DNA from: Patescibacteria group bacterium
GTDB taxonomy: Bacteria > Patescibacteriota > Patescibacteriia > PEXW01
NCBI GenBank assembly: GCA_041665345.1
Contig: JBAYJA010000001.1
Location: forward strand, 329,206-393,205
DNA length: 64,000 nt
Reading direction: 5' to 3'
The position numbers and the translations under genes are program-made. Positions 18,231 through 27,529 of this stretch are shown in pieces. Under the pieces are notes generated by a model, which was not told the DNA's origin, searched no databases, and saw only the letters and a program-made list of their open reading frames with translations. The stretch's first letter is position 1, and each line of letters starts with the position of its first letter.

Positions 18231-19808
18231 ATGCACGAACTCTTACCAGCCATGGAAAAGTATATCCCAAACGGTACTCGAGCAACGCAATATGGGAACG
18301 CATCGGCATTTGCGGTTCCCGTCGGGGACATTGTTCGCGTTGCTACAGACTTGCAGAAACGGCATGGGTTGACCTTCAAGTGCATTACCGCGACTGACGA
18401 CCGAAACGAAGGTGGGGGATTTACCTTGTGGTACATTTTTAGTGCACGGAACGAGCAAGCATTCGTCATCCCATACATTACCCTGAAGGATACCGATGTA
18501 TTTCCTTCATTGGCGAAGGTCATGCAAAGTGCATGGAACTTTGAAAAGCGAATTCGAAGCTTCTTTGGCCTGCAACTGAGTGGTCATCCAGATGGTCGCC
18601 AAACTGTACTCCATGAGAATTGGCCCACGAATCTTTTCCCGTTACGAAAAGATTTTCAGTGGCAGACCCGTCCTGCAACTGCGCAGGGTGCGTACCCCTT
18701 CCAAGTAGTGGAAGGTGAAGGGATCTACGAAATTCCCGTTGGTCCTATTCATGCTGGGATTATTGAGCCGGGACACTTCCGCTTTAGCGTGGCCGGGGAA
18801 GAGATCGTGCTCCTGGAGCCACGGCTTGGGTTTGTCCATAAGGGCAGTGAAAAGCTTTTTGAGCAAGTCTCACTGGCGGACAAAGTCCGGCTTGCAGAAA
18901 AAATTTCTGGCGATAGTTCATTCAGTCACTCGCTAGCCTTCTGCCTAGCAGTGGAACAACTAGGGAATATCATCGTACCAGAACGAGCAAGTTACCTACG
19001 CGTGATCTTTGCTGAACTGGAGCGGCTGGCCAACCACTTTGGGGATATTGGCGCGATGATGCTGGATACGGGTTTTAACTTTGGTGGGAGTAACGGTGCT
19101 CGCCTGCGAGAAATGGTCATGCAGCTCAACGAGCGCTTAACCGGCAGTCGATTCTTACGTGGTACCAACGTGGTCGGCGGGGTCACCAAGGATATTGCTC
19201 ACGATGCGCAGCAGCAACTCGCGAGTGACTTGCAGGCCATGAAGGAGGATTTTGAGGAAGTTATTGCCATTGCGGAGGGCAGCGTTTCGCTCACCAACCG
19301 TTTGAAAGGTACGGGTGTTTTGACGAACGCCGTTGCTGCAGAGCACGGGATTGTGGGCGTGTCAGCTCGCGCAGCGGGGATTGCCATAGATACGCGCATT
19401 GACTTCCCATACGCGGCGTACGCGAAACTTACTCTTGGTGACATCCCAGTGGAGCAGGCTGGTGATGCTCACGCCCGATTCCAAGTTCGGATAGCGGAAG
19501 CGCGGTCCGCAATGGAGATCATCCAGCAAGCACTTCGGGCTCTGCCCGTCGGCCCCATCGTTACTTCAGTTAACCATGTGGTATTGCAAAAAAGTACCAT
19601 AGCCGTTAGCGCCGTTGAGGGCTGGCGCGGCGAAATTGTATACTTCCTCCAGACTGATACCCAGGGGAATATCAGCCGCGTTGCACCACGGGATCCGTCA
19701 ATCCTCAATTGGGTCGCATTGAGCCATGCTGGGGTAGGCAATGTGGTGCCAGACTTCCCGCTCATCAACAAGAGTTTTAACCTCTCGTACGCCGGGTATG
19801 ACTTGTAA
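18231..19808 (+). CDS. hyfG: Ehr large subunit (NuoC+NuoD/HycE-like) lacking NiFe CxxC motifs
   Basis: PVGPIHAGIIEPGHFRF; AEKISGD and KSFNLSYAGYDL where hydrogenases have CxxC. Confidence 0.9.
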   Translation: MHELLPAMEKYIPNGTRATQYGNASAFAVPVGDIVRVATDLQKRHGLTFKCITATDDRNEGGGFTLWYIFSARNEQAFVIPYITLKDTDVFPSLAKVMQSAWNFEKRIRSFFGLQLSGHPDGRQTVLHENWPTNLFPLRKDFQWQTRPATAQGAYPFQVVEGEGIYEIPVGPIHAGIIEPGHFRFSVAGEEIVLLEPRLGFVHKGSEKLFEQVSLADKVRLAEKISGDSSFSHSLAFCLAVEQLGNIIVPERASYLRVIFAELERLANHFGDIGAMMLDTGFNFGGSNGARLREMVMQLNERLTGSRFLRGTNVVGGVTKDIAHDAQQQLASDLQAMKEDFEEVIAIAEGSVSLTNRLKGTGVLTNAVAAEHGIVGVSARAAGIAIDTRIDFPYAAYAKLTLGDIPVEQAGDAHARFQVRIAEARSAMEIIQQALRALPVGPIVTSVNHVVLQKSTIAVSAVEGWRGEIVYFLQTDTQGNISRVAPRDPSILNWVALSHAGVGNVVPDFPLINKSFNLSYAGYDL

Positions 19809-19961
19809 GTATTTTCCAGTTCGCCTTTTCAGGTTGTCCACAGGTCCTTGGTACGCCAGGCTGGCAGGGGTGCAATTGTCTGTCAAAACTTTGGCAAAAT
19901 GCTGATCAGATAGGCATGGAGTCCACTTCTGCTTTTCTGCGTCCGGTGGTAGAATACGGGC

Positions 19962-20015
19962 ATGGAGCGCCAATTGTTCCAGCCAAAAAAGCTGAATTTC
20001 AGGAGGCCCTGTTAG
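19962..20015 (+). other. short leaderless ORF or ncRNA between an extended -10 and a terminator
   Basis: TGgTAGAAT 6 nt before ATG; MERQLFQPKKLNFRRPC; hairpin CCCGCG/CGCGGG plus T-tract. Confidence 0.3.
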
Positions 20016-20060
20016 TCGCGCCCGCGTTCACCCGCGGGTTTTTTGTAAACACTAAGTTCG

Positions 20061-20588
20061 TTGACAATTCGTTCAGCCAGAAAGGAGGTTGCCTTCCAAG
20101 ACCTACAACACACCATATGTCCTCACTTCGACATATTCTTTTTTGAGCCGGTTGGCATTGAGATTAATGGGCAGCTTTTCTGTCAGTTACCGCACAGGGT
20201 GCAGAAGACGTACCGGCACAAACACTTTGAGCTTGCCGGCATGCTTTTTGAGACCGTAGAAGAGGTCCTCATGGCTCGTTTGCTCATTGCCATGCGGATT
20301 CGCTTCATGCATCACATTCGTTTTCCCATAGCTGACAGCGCCGTCTGTCCGGATTTCACCTTAGACAAGATGTTCAAGTGGGAAACGAACGTTGGTGACC
20401 CACACCACGGCAAGATTTTTTTGAATATTGAAGTGAAGCGAACAAATGCTGCCATCCAGCGACATAGTGGAAAGTACACAACGCTTGAAGAAGCGTACGG
20501 TGTGCCAACACTCCTTTTGTCTGCTGTCGAAATCACAAAGTACCTTCATACTGGTGCATTACCAATTGTTGCCCTGCAGGCTGCATAA
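20061..20588 (+). CDS. PD-(D/E)xK nuclease-like protein, paralog 1 (start uncertain)
   Basis: FETVEE..LL..M.I...H..F....PDF...IEVK. Confidence 0.55.
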   Translation: MTIRSARKEVAFQDLQHTICPHFDIFFFEPVGIEINGQLFCQLPHRVQKTYRHKHFELAGMLFETVEEVLMARLLIAMRIRFMHHIRFPIADSAVCPDFTLDKMFKWETNVGDPHHGKIFLNIEVKRTNAAIQRHSGKYTTLEEAYGVPTLLLSAVEITKYLHTGALPIVALQAA

Positions 20589-20685
20589 CCAAACAACCGA
20601 GAACTGGAGGTCCGTCTTCCTTACCAAAAAAGCAAAAAGAGAATTTGAAAATCAGAAAAACGTTGCACTTTGCCCAACGTTACCT

Positions 20686-21144
20686 ATGTCGCGGAGTGGC
20701 TTTGAATTCCGCGGTGTGGTGTACACCCCACGCTGTAACCCAGAAAACCATCTTGGGAAACCATGTACCTGTGGTTTTCTAGAAACAGAAGAGGAGTTCC
20801 TCATTCAGGAGCTGCTCATTAGTATGGGTATTGAATCCATTCATCACATCCATTTCCCCATGGGAGATGACTGGGGAGTTAGCCCCGATTTCGTCTTCGA
20901 CACGCTCTTTGTGTGGGATGGAGGACGGGGCGATCCGTACAATGGTCAAATCCTTCTGGGTATTGAAGCAAAGTGCTCAGAAGGTGGCCGATCCACGAGT
21001 TACAAACGCTACCGCTTGCTAGCCATGAAACTCCGAGTTCCCATTCTCATTCTCACCCGAAGTGAAATTGAGAAATGGTTCAGCTATGGTCGTTTGCCAT
21101 TAAAGCGTGCAACCAGAGAGCAGTACGAAAAGTTGGTTGCGTAA
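20686..21144 (+). CDS. PD-(D/E)xK nuclease-like protein, paralog 2
   Basis: LETEEE..LL..MGI...H..F....PDF...IEAK; N-terminal C..H..CxC. Confidence 0.6.
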   Translation: MSRSGFEFRGVVYTPRCNPENHLGKPCTCGFLETEEEFLIQELLISMGIESIHHIHFPMGDDWGVSPDFVFDTLFVWDGGRGDPYNGQILLGIEAKCSEGGRSTSYKRYRLLAMKLRVPILILTRSEIEKWFSYGRLPLKRATREQYEKLVA

Positions 21145-21199
21145 TTCTTTTGGCCTGTCACATCTCGTGACAGGCCTTCTTTTTTTGCTATACTCTCCA

Positions 21200-21328
21200 T
21201 GCAGGCATTTACGGAACTGAAGTGCCAAGGATGGGTTAGCCTGTTGGGCGTATGGGGATGTGAACAAACTCCTTGGAAAAGGAGAGCTAAGAACCTTGAG
21301 CAGGGCAACCCATCGCCCTGCTTTTTTT
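21200..21328 (+). ncRNA. candidate structured ncRNA
   Basis: TGcTATACT upstream; stems GGCATTT/AAGTGCC, CAAGG/CCTTG, TTAGC/GCTAA, CTCCTT-GGAA-AAGGAG; terminator at end. Confidence 0.4.
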
Positions 21329-21394
21329 CAGCTTGACGAAGCTTTGGATTCTGCATAGGGTGGAGAGAGAAAAACTGAAAACCAAGGAGGCAAT

Positions 21395-21757
21395 GTGCCA
21401 GGTGTGTACTACGAATATGTACGACGATTGAAGATTGAAATGTTAAAAGCTGGAAAACTGAATATCTTTTACGTGAAGGTGTACTACTGCGTTGGGTTCA
21501 ATGGTGACGAAGAAACGTGCGATGCGTGGTACCAACCTTGCGCGCACTGTGGTCTGCAGAAGAAAAAGCAGCGGACGTACCGGCCGTACGTGGAGATGGT
21601 GAAAGTTGAAGTAGAAGCTACTCCAGAAAAAATCATCAAAGACCATTCAGCCATTTGGCAATTAGCAACGGTCGCGTTCTTCCAGGAGCCGGACATTAAA
21701 GATCGTCCAGCATACTGCAAGGATTGTCCAAAGACACCCGCAAAATCCAAGACCTGA
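21395..21757 (+). CDS. hypothetical protein with CxxC pairs
   Basis: Promoter TTGACG(21333)-17-TAGGGT, AAGGAGG, terminator 21769-21800. Confidence 0.7.
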   Translation: MPGVYYEYVRRLKIEMLKAGKLNIFYVKVYYCVGFNGDEETCDAWYQPCAHCGLQKKKQRTYRPYVEMVKVEVEATPEKIIKDHSAIWQLATVAFFQEPDIKDRPAYCKDCPKTPAKSKT

Positions 21758-21866
21758 AAATGTGTAGTTGGCGACCCCCCCAAAGGTCGCCATTTTTTTT
21801 GACAGCCGCAGGGTTATCGCCTAGGCTGGAGGCAAAGCATGTACTCATTCCCGTGAAGGAGGGAAT

Positions 21867-22136
21867 ATGAAAAGATCCTTTGCTTGCTCAGACCAACATG
21901 ATGTTATCGCCATTGATCGTGATGACCCGGATCTGCTGCAAATCGGCCACCTCGTTGGGGTGCATGAAGTGTGCGGTGGTACCGTCTTCTGCCGAGCGAG
22001 CTCACAGACGCATCATGCAATGTGCTGCAACACCTGTGGTTTACGGGTAGTGGTACCAAACACCATTGACACCTTTGGAGAGCTGCTCGAGCACTTTCAA
22101 ATTCTGGGTTTCCCAAAGCTCCGTCCATTTGAGTAG
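21867..22136 (+). CDS. small Zn-ribbon-like hypothetical protein
   Basis: HEVCGG, CNTCG; promoter TTGACA(21799)-17-TAGGCT, AAGGAGG, terminator. Confidence 0.7.
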   Translation: MKRSFACSDQHDVIAIDRDDPDLLQIGHLVGVHEVCGGTVFCRASSQTHHAMCCNTCGLRVVVPNTIDTFGELLEHFQILGFPKLRPFE

Positions 22137-22241
22137 CACCATCACAGGACTCCATCTGGGGTCCTGTTTCTTTTGTCTTGACAACGCGTCAGGCTGGTTG
22201 TAGGGTGATGAGAAATAAAAACCATCAAACATGGAGGGTTC

Positions 22242-22568
22242 ATGGCACATTTGCACTATGATAACGAGTTAGTGGTTGACGTGGAGGGGGTTGACTACCG
22301 GGTGCTCTACACAACCTCAATGGAGCCGGTGGATGATTACTGCGCTGACTGTCGGCAGTATACGGATCCAAAAAATACGGTTTTCCAAGGAAGGGTAATA
22401 ATCGTACACATTGAGGACACCAGTGCGGGAAATGAGCCGGTAGAACTCACGAGCGATCAGGGGAAAGCGGTACGCGAGGCCTTTTTGGAGGAGGATGAAA
22501 TTATCCAAAAACGGCAGATCCGGTGTCAGGAATGCTTAGAGGAAATGGGAAGGTCGGCCAGCAGTTGA
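22242..22568 (+). CDS. hypothetical protein with two CxxC
   Basis: CADC, CQEC; promoter TTGACA(22178)-17-TAGGGT, GGAGG, terminator. Confidence 0.7.
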   Translation: MAHLHYDNELVVDVEGVDYRVLYTTSMEPVDDYCADCRQYTDPKNTVFQGRVIIVHIEDTSAGNEPVELTSDQGKAVREAFLEEDEIIQKRQIRCQECLEEMGRSASS

Positions 22569-22687
22569 TCATTTTTTCCCCCACCTGGTGTCAGGTGGGG
22601 TTTTGTTTTGTCTTGACCTTTTTGCTGATTGTGTTAGGCTCCAGGGAAACCGAAAATTGCACTTCACAATTATACCAAGGAGGGAAA

Positions 22688-23425
22688 ATGCAGAAGTGTT
22701 TCATTTCTCTGCTCGTGGTGATGTTTGCCATGATCCAACCCGCGGCCGCACAACGGAAAGCCCCAGTAACCGATGCTAAGATGTTTGAAGTCTCGTTTGC
22801 CTGGGGTCGTTCGCAGACATTTGCGTTTCAAACATTCCCCGGCAGTGCGCGAACCGCAAATGGCGCCTTGCTTACGGACACGACGCTTATCCTGCGTCGG
22901 CAACCCAGCTTTACGGCCATGGCCTCGTACCAGCCATTCAAGGTCATGCACGTTGGTGTCCAACTCACCAGTACGCCGGATGCACGGGCAATAGAAAGCC
23001 AGTACCCCGGCCACGCCGCCGCGGACGATTCCTGGTACAGCATTACGGCCACCGAAGTCCAGTGGGGGATTGTTGGGTTCATTACCACCCCCTGGAGCAA
23101 CCCGTCCAGCCGCGCCAGCTGGCTCATGTACCGCGCAAAGATTGGTGGAACGTTTGACTTGAGTGGTTATAGCATTGATGCCCTGGTGAGCCAGAGCAAC
23201 GGTTCGGTTGTGGAACAGCAGCTTGGCCGGATGCACGAGCATCGGTTCTTCGTCTCCCTGGAGACGGGTTTCAAAAATCCTTTTGGTCGGGCTGGCGCCG
23301 TCTTTGGTCACATTGGCTACGCCTACTCGTTGTACCAATTTGCGCACGAGGACGCTCCGGGTTTACGTTTTGCACCAAACACCCGCCACCGCCTCACTCT
23401 CGGCGTGGGTATCTCCATCTCCTGA
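22688..23425 (+). CDS. secreted protein resembling an outer-membrane beta-barrel
   Basis: Signal peptide; several alternating amphipathic strands; ends HRLTLGVGISIS; own promoter and RBS. Confidence 0.55.
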   Translation: MQKCFISLLVVMFAMIQPAAAQRKAPVTDAKMFEVSFAWGRSQTFAFQTFPGSARTANGALLTDTTLILRRQPSFTAMASYQPFKVMHVGVQLTSTPDARAIESQYPGHAAADDSWYSITATEVQWGIVGFITTPWSNPSSRASWLMYRAKIGGTFDLSGYSIDALVSQSNGSVVEQQLGRMHEHRFFVSLETGFKNPFGRAGAVFGHIGYAYSLYQFAHEDAPGLRFAPNTRHRLTLGVGISIS

Positions 23426-23547
23426 TCCTTCGTTTTTTAACCCCAGCAGACGTGCTGGGGTTTTTGACATTCGCATTGGCTTTGGGTAGGCTTGGGGCTC
23501 GATGGAAAAAAGAAAAATAACAATAGACATAGACAACAGGAGGTTGC

Positions 23548-24282
23548 ATGCAGAAATACGAGGTTTTGGTGTTTTGCGCCCACCCGGATGATGCCGAACG
23601 GCACATGGGTGGTACCCTTGCCCACTTGGCGCGTAGCGGCAGGCAAGTGCTGATGATCTCCCTGACCTCGGGTGAAATGGGGACGCATGGTGATTCGGTA
23701 ACGCGGAAGCAAGAATTTCAGGCTTCTGCCAAGGTATTGGGCGTTGACGGATTGTTGATGCACTTCATGGATACCGGTGTTGAGAATACTCGTACCGGCC
23801 AGCTAGAGATTGCCAGGTTGATGAGAGCGCATCAGCCAAGCGTGGTATTTGCCCCGTTCCCGGTGTGCGGTTCAATATTGCACGGCGTCTCCGCGCACAC
23901 GGACCACTACACGACCGGCGAACTTGTTACGCAGTCCATTCTCCTGGCGAAACTTGCAAAGGTGGATGCTACTCCTCCTCACCGTGTGGAGCACTTGCTC
24001 TACTACATGCTGCCGCCGGATGTTGCGCCAAATGTGCTCATTGGCATTTCGGATGAGGATCTGCGTGTCGGTATGCAAGCCATTGCGTGCCACGAATCGC
24101 AGCTGGCAAGTTACACCGGTGATGTACCACTGGCGGAGTACCTCACCTCAGTGCGGCGGGTGCAGTGCCGGCAGTACGGTGTTCGTTTGCCAAATGGGTG
24201 CCACGTGGCTGAAGGTTTTCTCCACCTTGGTCCGCTGGTGCTCCGCGGCAATTCTCTAAACGTCCTTTTTGGAAAGGTATAA
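23548..24282 (+). CDS. PIG-L family deacetylase (BshB1-like)
   Basis: AHPDDAE, LTSGEMG, HTDH, CHESQ. Confidence 0.88.
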   Translation: MQKYEVLVFCAHPDDAERHMGGTLAHLARSGRQVLMISLTSGEMGTHGDSVTRKQEFQASAKVLGVDGLLMHFMDTGVENTRTGQLEIARLMRAHQPSVVFAPFPVCGSILHGVSAHTDHYTTGELVTQSILLAKLAKVDATPPHRVEHLLYYMLPPDVAPNVLIGISDEDLRVGMQAIACHESQLASYTGDVPLAEYLTSVRRVQCRQYGVRLPNGCHVAEGFLHLGPLVLRGNSLNVLFGKV

Positions 24283-24405
24283 ATGTAAAAACCCCAGGGC
24301 GAATGTTCTGGGGTTTGACTTTGCGTACAAACTGCAGTACACTGCATTTCGACGATTGACAAACGTCCTCATCTGAGGGGGAGTTTGTGCCATTTCCTTT
24401 TCTCT

Positions 24406-26199
24406 ATGTCGCAACATACATCCGCAACATTACGTATATACTGGCAGCACGTGAAACGGTATCCCTGGGTTACCGGCATTGCGTTGGCTGCAATCATTCT
24501 CGCTACAAGTGAGGGTGTGGTTTTACCGTTGCTGTTCAAGAAGTTTTTCGACACATTGGCGAATGCTGGTTTTGATCGGAACAGCGTTGCACAGCAGTTA
24601 CTTCACGCGCTGCTCGCCATTGGTGCCTTGGAATTGTTTGGCTGGGCTATGTACCGGGTTGCCACCTTTGCATCGATCATTGTGCAAGGCAAAGTAATGT
24701 TCGACGTGAGTACCATGTCCTTTGCCACACTGCACCGGCACGCCGTGAGTTTTTTCGCCAATAACTTTGTGGGCTCACTGGTGAAAAAGGTGAAGTGGTT
24801 TTCTCGTGCGTTTGAAAAAGTGTCTGACGACATTTTCTGGCGCATTATTCCCATGATTGTCAGCTTGGTGGCAATTACCGCCGTGCTCTTTCAGCGTAAC
24901 GCTACGTTGGGACTCGTCATTTTCATTTGGCTCGTCATCTTCCTTGGCGCGCAGGTGTTCTTCATTCGGTACAAACTCAAGTACGATCTGGCGCGTTCCG
25001 CAGCGGAGACCAAGTCCACCGCAATTCTGGCGGATTCCATAACCAACTACAGTACGATTACGCTCTTTGGTGGCTTCCTGCGAGAAGTGCGGCGGTTCAG
25101 CCGAGCGATGGATAACCAACGACGGCTGTACATGCTGAGCTGGAATATCAGCGGCATTTTTGACTCGGTCCAAGGCTTCCTGATGATTTGCCTGGAGATA
25201 GGTGGTTTCATTTTGGTCATCCACCTGTGGAAGCAGGGGACACTCACGCTGGGAGACTTCGTACTCTTCCAGTCGTACGTGTTGGTGCTCTTCAACCGGC
25301 TATGGGATTTTGGCCGTGTGGCTCGGGACGTGTATGAAAGTTTGGCAGACGCCGATGAAATGACCGTGGTGCTGCAAACACCCCTAGAAGTAACGGACGT
25401 CGCCACAGCCAAACCCTTGGTTGTTTCGAGCGGTGCCGTACGCTTTTCTACTGTCGACTTCAATTACCGGCGAACCCGGCGCGTGCTCCATGGCTTCAGT
25501 CTGGACATTGCACCAGGAGAGCACGTGGCACTGGTTGGCCCATCCGGGGCGGGGAAATCAACGGTCGTCAAAATTTTGCTTCGGTTGCATGACGTTTCGG
25601 GTGGCACCATTACCATTGATGGTCAGGATGTTTCCAAAGTCACGCAGGAGAGTTTGCGTCAGAACATTAGTTTGGTGCCGCAAGATCCGGTACTGTTCCA
25701 CCGTTCGCTCATGGAGAACATTCGGTACGGCAAGCCGGAGGCTACGGATCAGGAAGTTATTGCGGCAGCCACCGCGGCTCACTGTCATGAGTTCATTCAG
25801 ACTTTCCCTGAGCAGTACAACACTTTTGTGGGTGAGCGCGGGGTGAAACTCTCCGGGGGCGAGCGCCAGCGCGTGGCCATTGCCCGGGCAATGCTCGCGA
25901 ATACACCCATTCTCGTCTTGGATGAAGCGACATCCAGTTTGGATTCCGAATCTGAACAGCTGGTGCAGGCCGCCTTGGCGAAGCTTATGGCCGGGAAGAC
26001 AGTCTTAGCAATTGCCCACCGTCTTTCAACGATCCGCGCGATGGACCGCATTGTGGTCATGGACAATGGTCGCATTACGGAAACCGGTACGCACGATCAG
26101 CTGCTGGCTATGGAGCTGAGCCTGTACGGCAAACTTTGGAACCTCCAAGTTGCGGGTACGGGGGTGTTACCGCAGGTTGCAGAAGAAGACGAAGCATAG
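24406..26199 (+). CDS. ABC exporter, fused permease/ATPase
   Basis: TM domain, GPSGAGKST, LSGGERQR, LDEATSSLD. Confidence 0.93.
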   Translation: MSQHTSATLRIYWQHVKRYPWVTGIALAAIILATSEGVVLPLLFKKFFDTLANAGFDRNSVAQQLLHALLAIGALELFGWAMYRVATFASIIVQGKVMFDVSTMSFATLHRHAVSFFANNFVGSLVKKVKWFSRAFEKVSDDIFWRIIPMIVSLVAITAVLFQRNATLGLVIFIWLVIFLGAQVFFIRYKLKYDLARSAAETKSTAILADSITNYSTITLFGGFLREVRRFSRAMDNQRRLYMLSWNISGIFDSVQGFLMICLEIGGFILVIHLWKQGTLTLGDFVLFQSYVLVLFNRLWDFGRVARDVYESLADADEMTVVLQTPLEVTDVATAKPLVVSSGAVRFSTVDFNYRRTRRVLHGFSLDIAPGEHVALVGPSGAGKSTVVKILLRLHDVSGGTITIDGQDVSKVTQESLRQNISLVPQDPVLFHRSLMENIRYGKPEATDQEVIAAATAAHCHEFIQTFPEQYNTFVGERGVKLSGGERQRVAIARAMLANTPILVLDEATSSLDSESEQLVQAALAKLMAGKTVLAIAHRLSTIRAMDRIVVMDNGRITETGTHDQLLAMELSLYGKLWNLQVAGTGVLPQVAEEDEA

Positions 26200-26337
26200 T
26201 GCAAGCAAGGTGCACTTGTAGTTCAGAAACCCCAGCACGCACATGCTGGGGTTTTTCCTGAGAATCTAACTTTTTGTAGACAAAAGGGCGCTTGGAAAAG
26301 CGCCCTAAAAAAATGTGATAAAAACGAAATGGGAATG

Positions 26338-26541
26338 TTACTGTTTTTTGATAGTTTCTTCCGCTCGTTGCACTCCATACACAAAAATGGCAATGAGCGA
26401 AACGAACTCGATCAATACAAGTCCCGGAAACAAAACTTTATGAACGAGTGGCGTGTCTATTTGTGTTCTTATGCACAAACTAACAATCCCAACAATAGCC
26501 CATGCGGCTACAAAAAGCATAATCTTCATTTTCTTTTTCAC
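26338..26541 (-). CDS. small two-TM membrane protein
   Basis: GGAGG before GTG; two hydrophobic segments. Confidence 0.5.
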   Translation of the reverse strand: MKKKMKIMLFVAAWAIVGIVSLCIRTQIDTPLVHKVLFPGLVLIEFVSLIAIFVYGVQRAEETIKKQ

Positions 26542-26836
26542 TAGAACCTCCGAGTATCATTTGTAATGTACTTTTCCAATTTGTATACCTAGTATAACAA
26601 AAAGAGCGTCAACGTAAACATTTGCGGTTTTGATTGCATCTTGGAAAAGCTAGGTACACTGGGTGACTACTCTGTAGTTACCTTTTTGACCCCCCCTTAC
26701 TCCCTGGAGTGTCTTGTAGGTCCCGTTTCCCTAACGGCGCTTTATCCCCCCACATAGCCAAAGCGCTATACTTATTCTATAAACACGTACTATAATAGAG
26801 GAGTTCAGTCCGTCTTTCCCCCTTTTGACCAACCGT

Positions 26837-27322
26837 ATGGAAACCTACGACCCCAAGAAAGAGTGCTGCCCCAAGTTTGACCCCACACCCTGGGACGGCA
26901 AGAAATTTGCGTGGCAGAACAAGAAATTTATCAAGGGCAAAGTGTTCACTATTTTCCATATGCCCCTAAATTTTGGCAGCACCATGAAGCAGTTAACGAC
27001 GAGGGTGGAAAAGGCCGGGGCGCAGATGCCAGACATGCTGACACTTTCCGATCACACGTCCAAGTGGAACATGGATTTGTACTTAGCCGTGGACAAGGAA
27101 ATTGTGGGTGCGAACAATGTGACCCTTAGTGGGACGTTCCTGAGTAAGGTCTACGAAGGAAAATTTCAGGATACTCGGAAGTGGTGCCAAGACTTCACCA
27201 CCTATGCAAAACAGCAGGGGTATGCTGAAATAGAGAAGCAGTATATGTGGTACACCACCTGTCCCAAGTGCGCCAAGAAGTACGGGAAAAACTACGTGGT
27301 CATTATCGCTCAAGTAACCTAA
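26837..27322 (+). CDS. conserved hypothetical protein ('hydrolase'/GyrI-like family)
   Basis: ECCPKFDPTPWD and WYTTCPKCAKKYGKNYVV. Confidence 0.7.
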   Translation: METYDPKKECCPKFDPTPWDGKKFAWQNKKFIKGKVFTIFHMPLNFGSTMKQLTTRVEKAGAQMPDMLTLSDHTSKWNMDLYLAVDKEIVGANNVTLSGTFLSKVYEGKFQDTRKWCQDFTTYAKQQGYAEIEKQYMWYTTCPKCAKKYGKNYVVIIAQVT

Positions 27323-27328
27323 AAGCCT

Positions 27329-27514
27329 ATGTTTGACCTCCACGTCAGCAAACGCACCAGTGAAGCCTTCTACGGTTTGGGTTTCGTGGGCGCGGTCATC
27401 TACTTCATCTCCACGGCCACGGGCTTCTGGGACGGCGTGCTGGGTGTGCTCCAAGCGATTGTCTGGCCTGTGTTCTTTGTCTACGAAGCGTTGCAATTTT
27501 TTTACAGTCGATAG
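27329..27514 (+). CDS. small membrane protein
   Basis: GFVGAVIYFISTATGFWDGVLGVLQAIVWP. Confidence 0.7.
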   Translation: MFDLHVSKRTSEAFYGLGFVGAVIYFISTATGFWDGVLGVLQAIVWPVFFVYEALQFFYSR

Positions 27515-27529
27515 TTTTTGTCTTCCTAC

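Noticed and set aside
18231-19808. Functional group 4 [NiFe]-hydrogenase
   Set aside because: Both CxxC Ni-binding motifs are absent and no maturation genes are seen.
21299-24343. Integron cassette array
   Set aside because: No integrase or recognisable attC; junction hairpins are explained as terminators.
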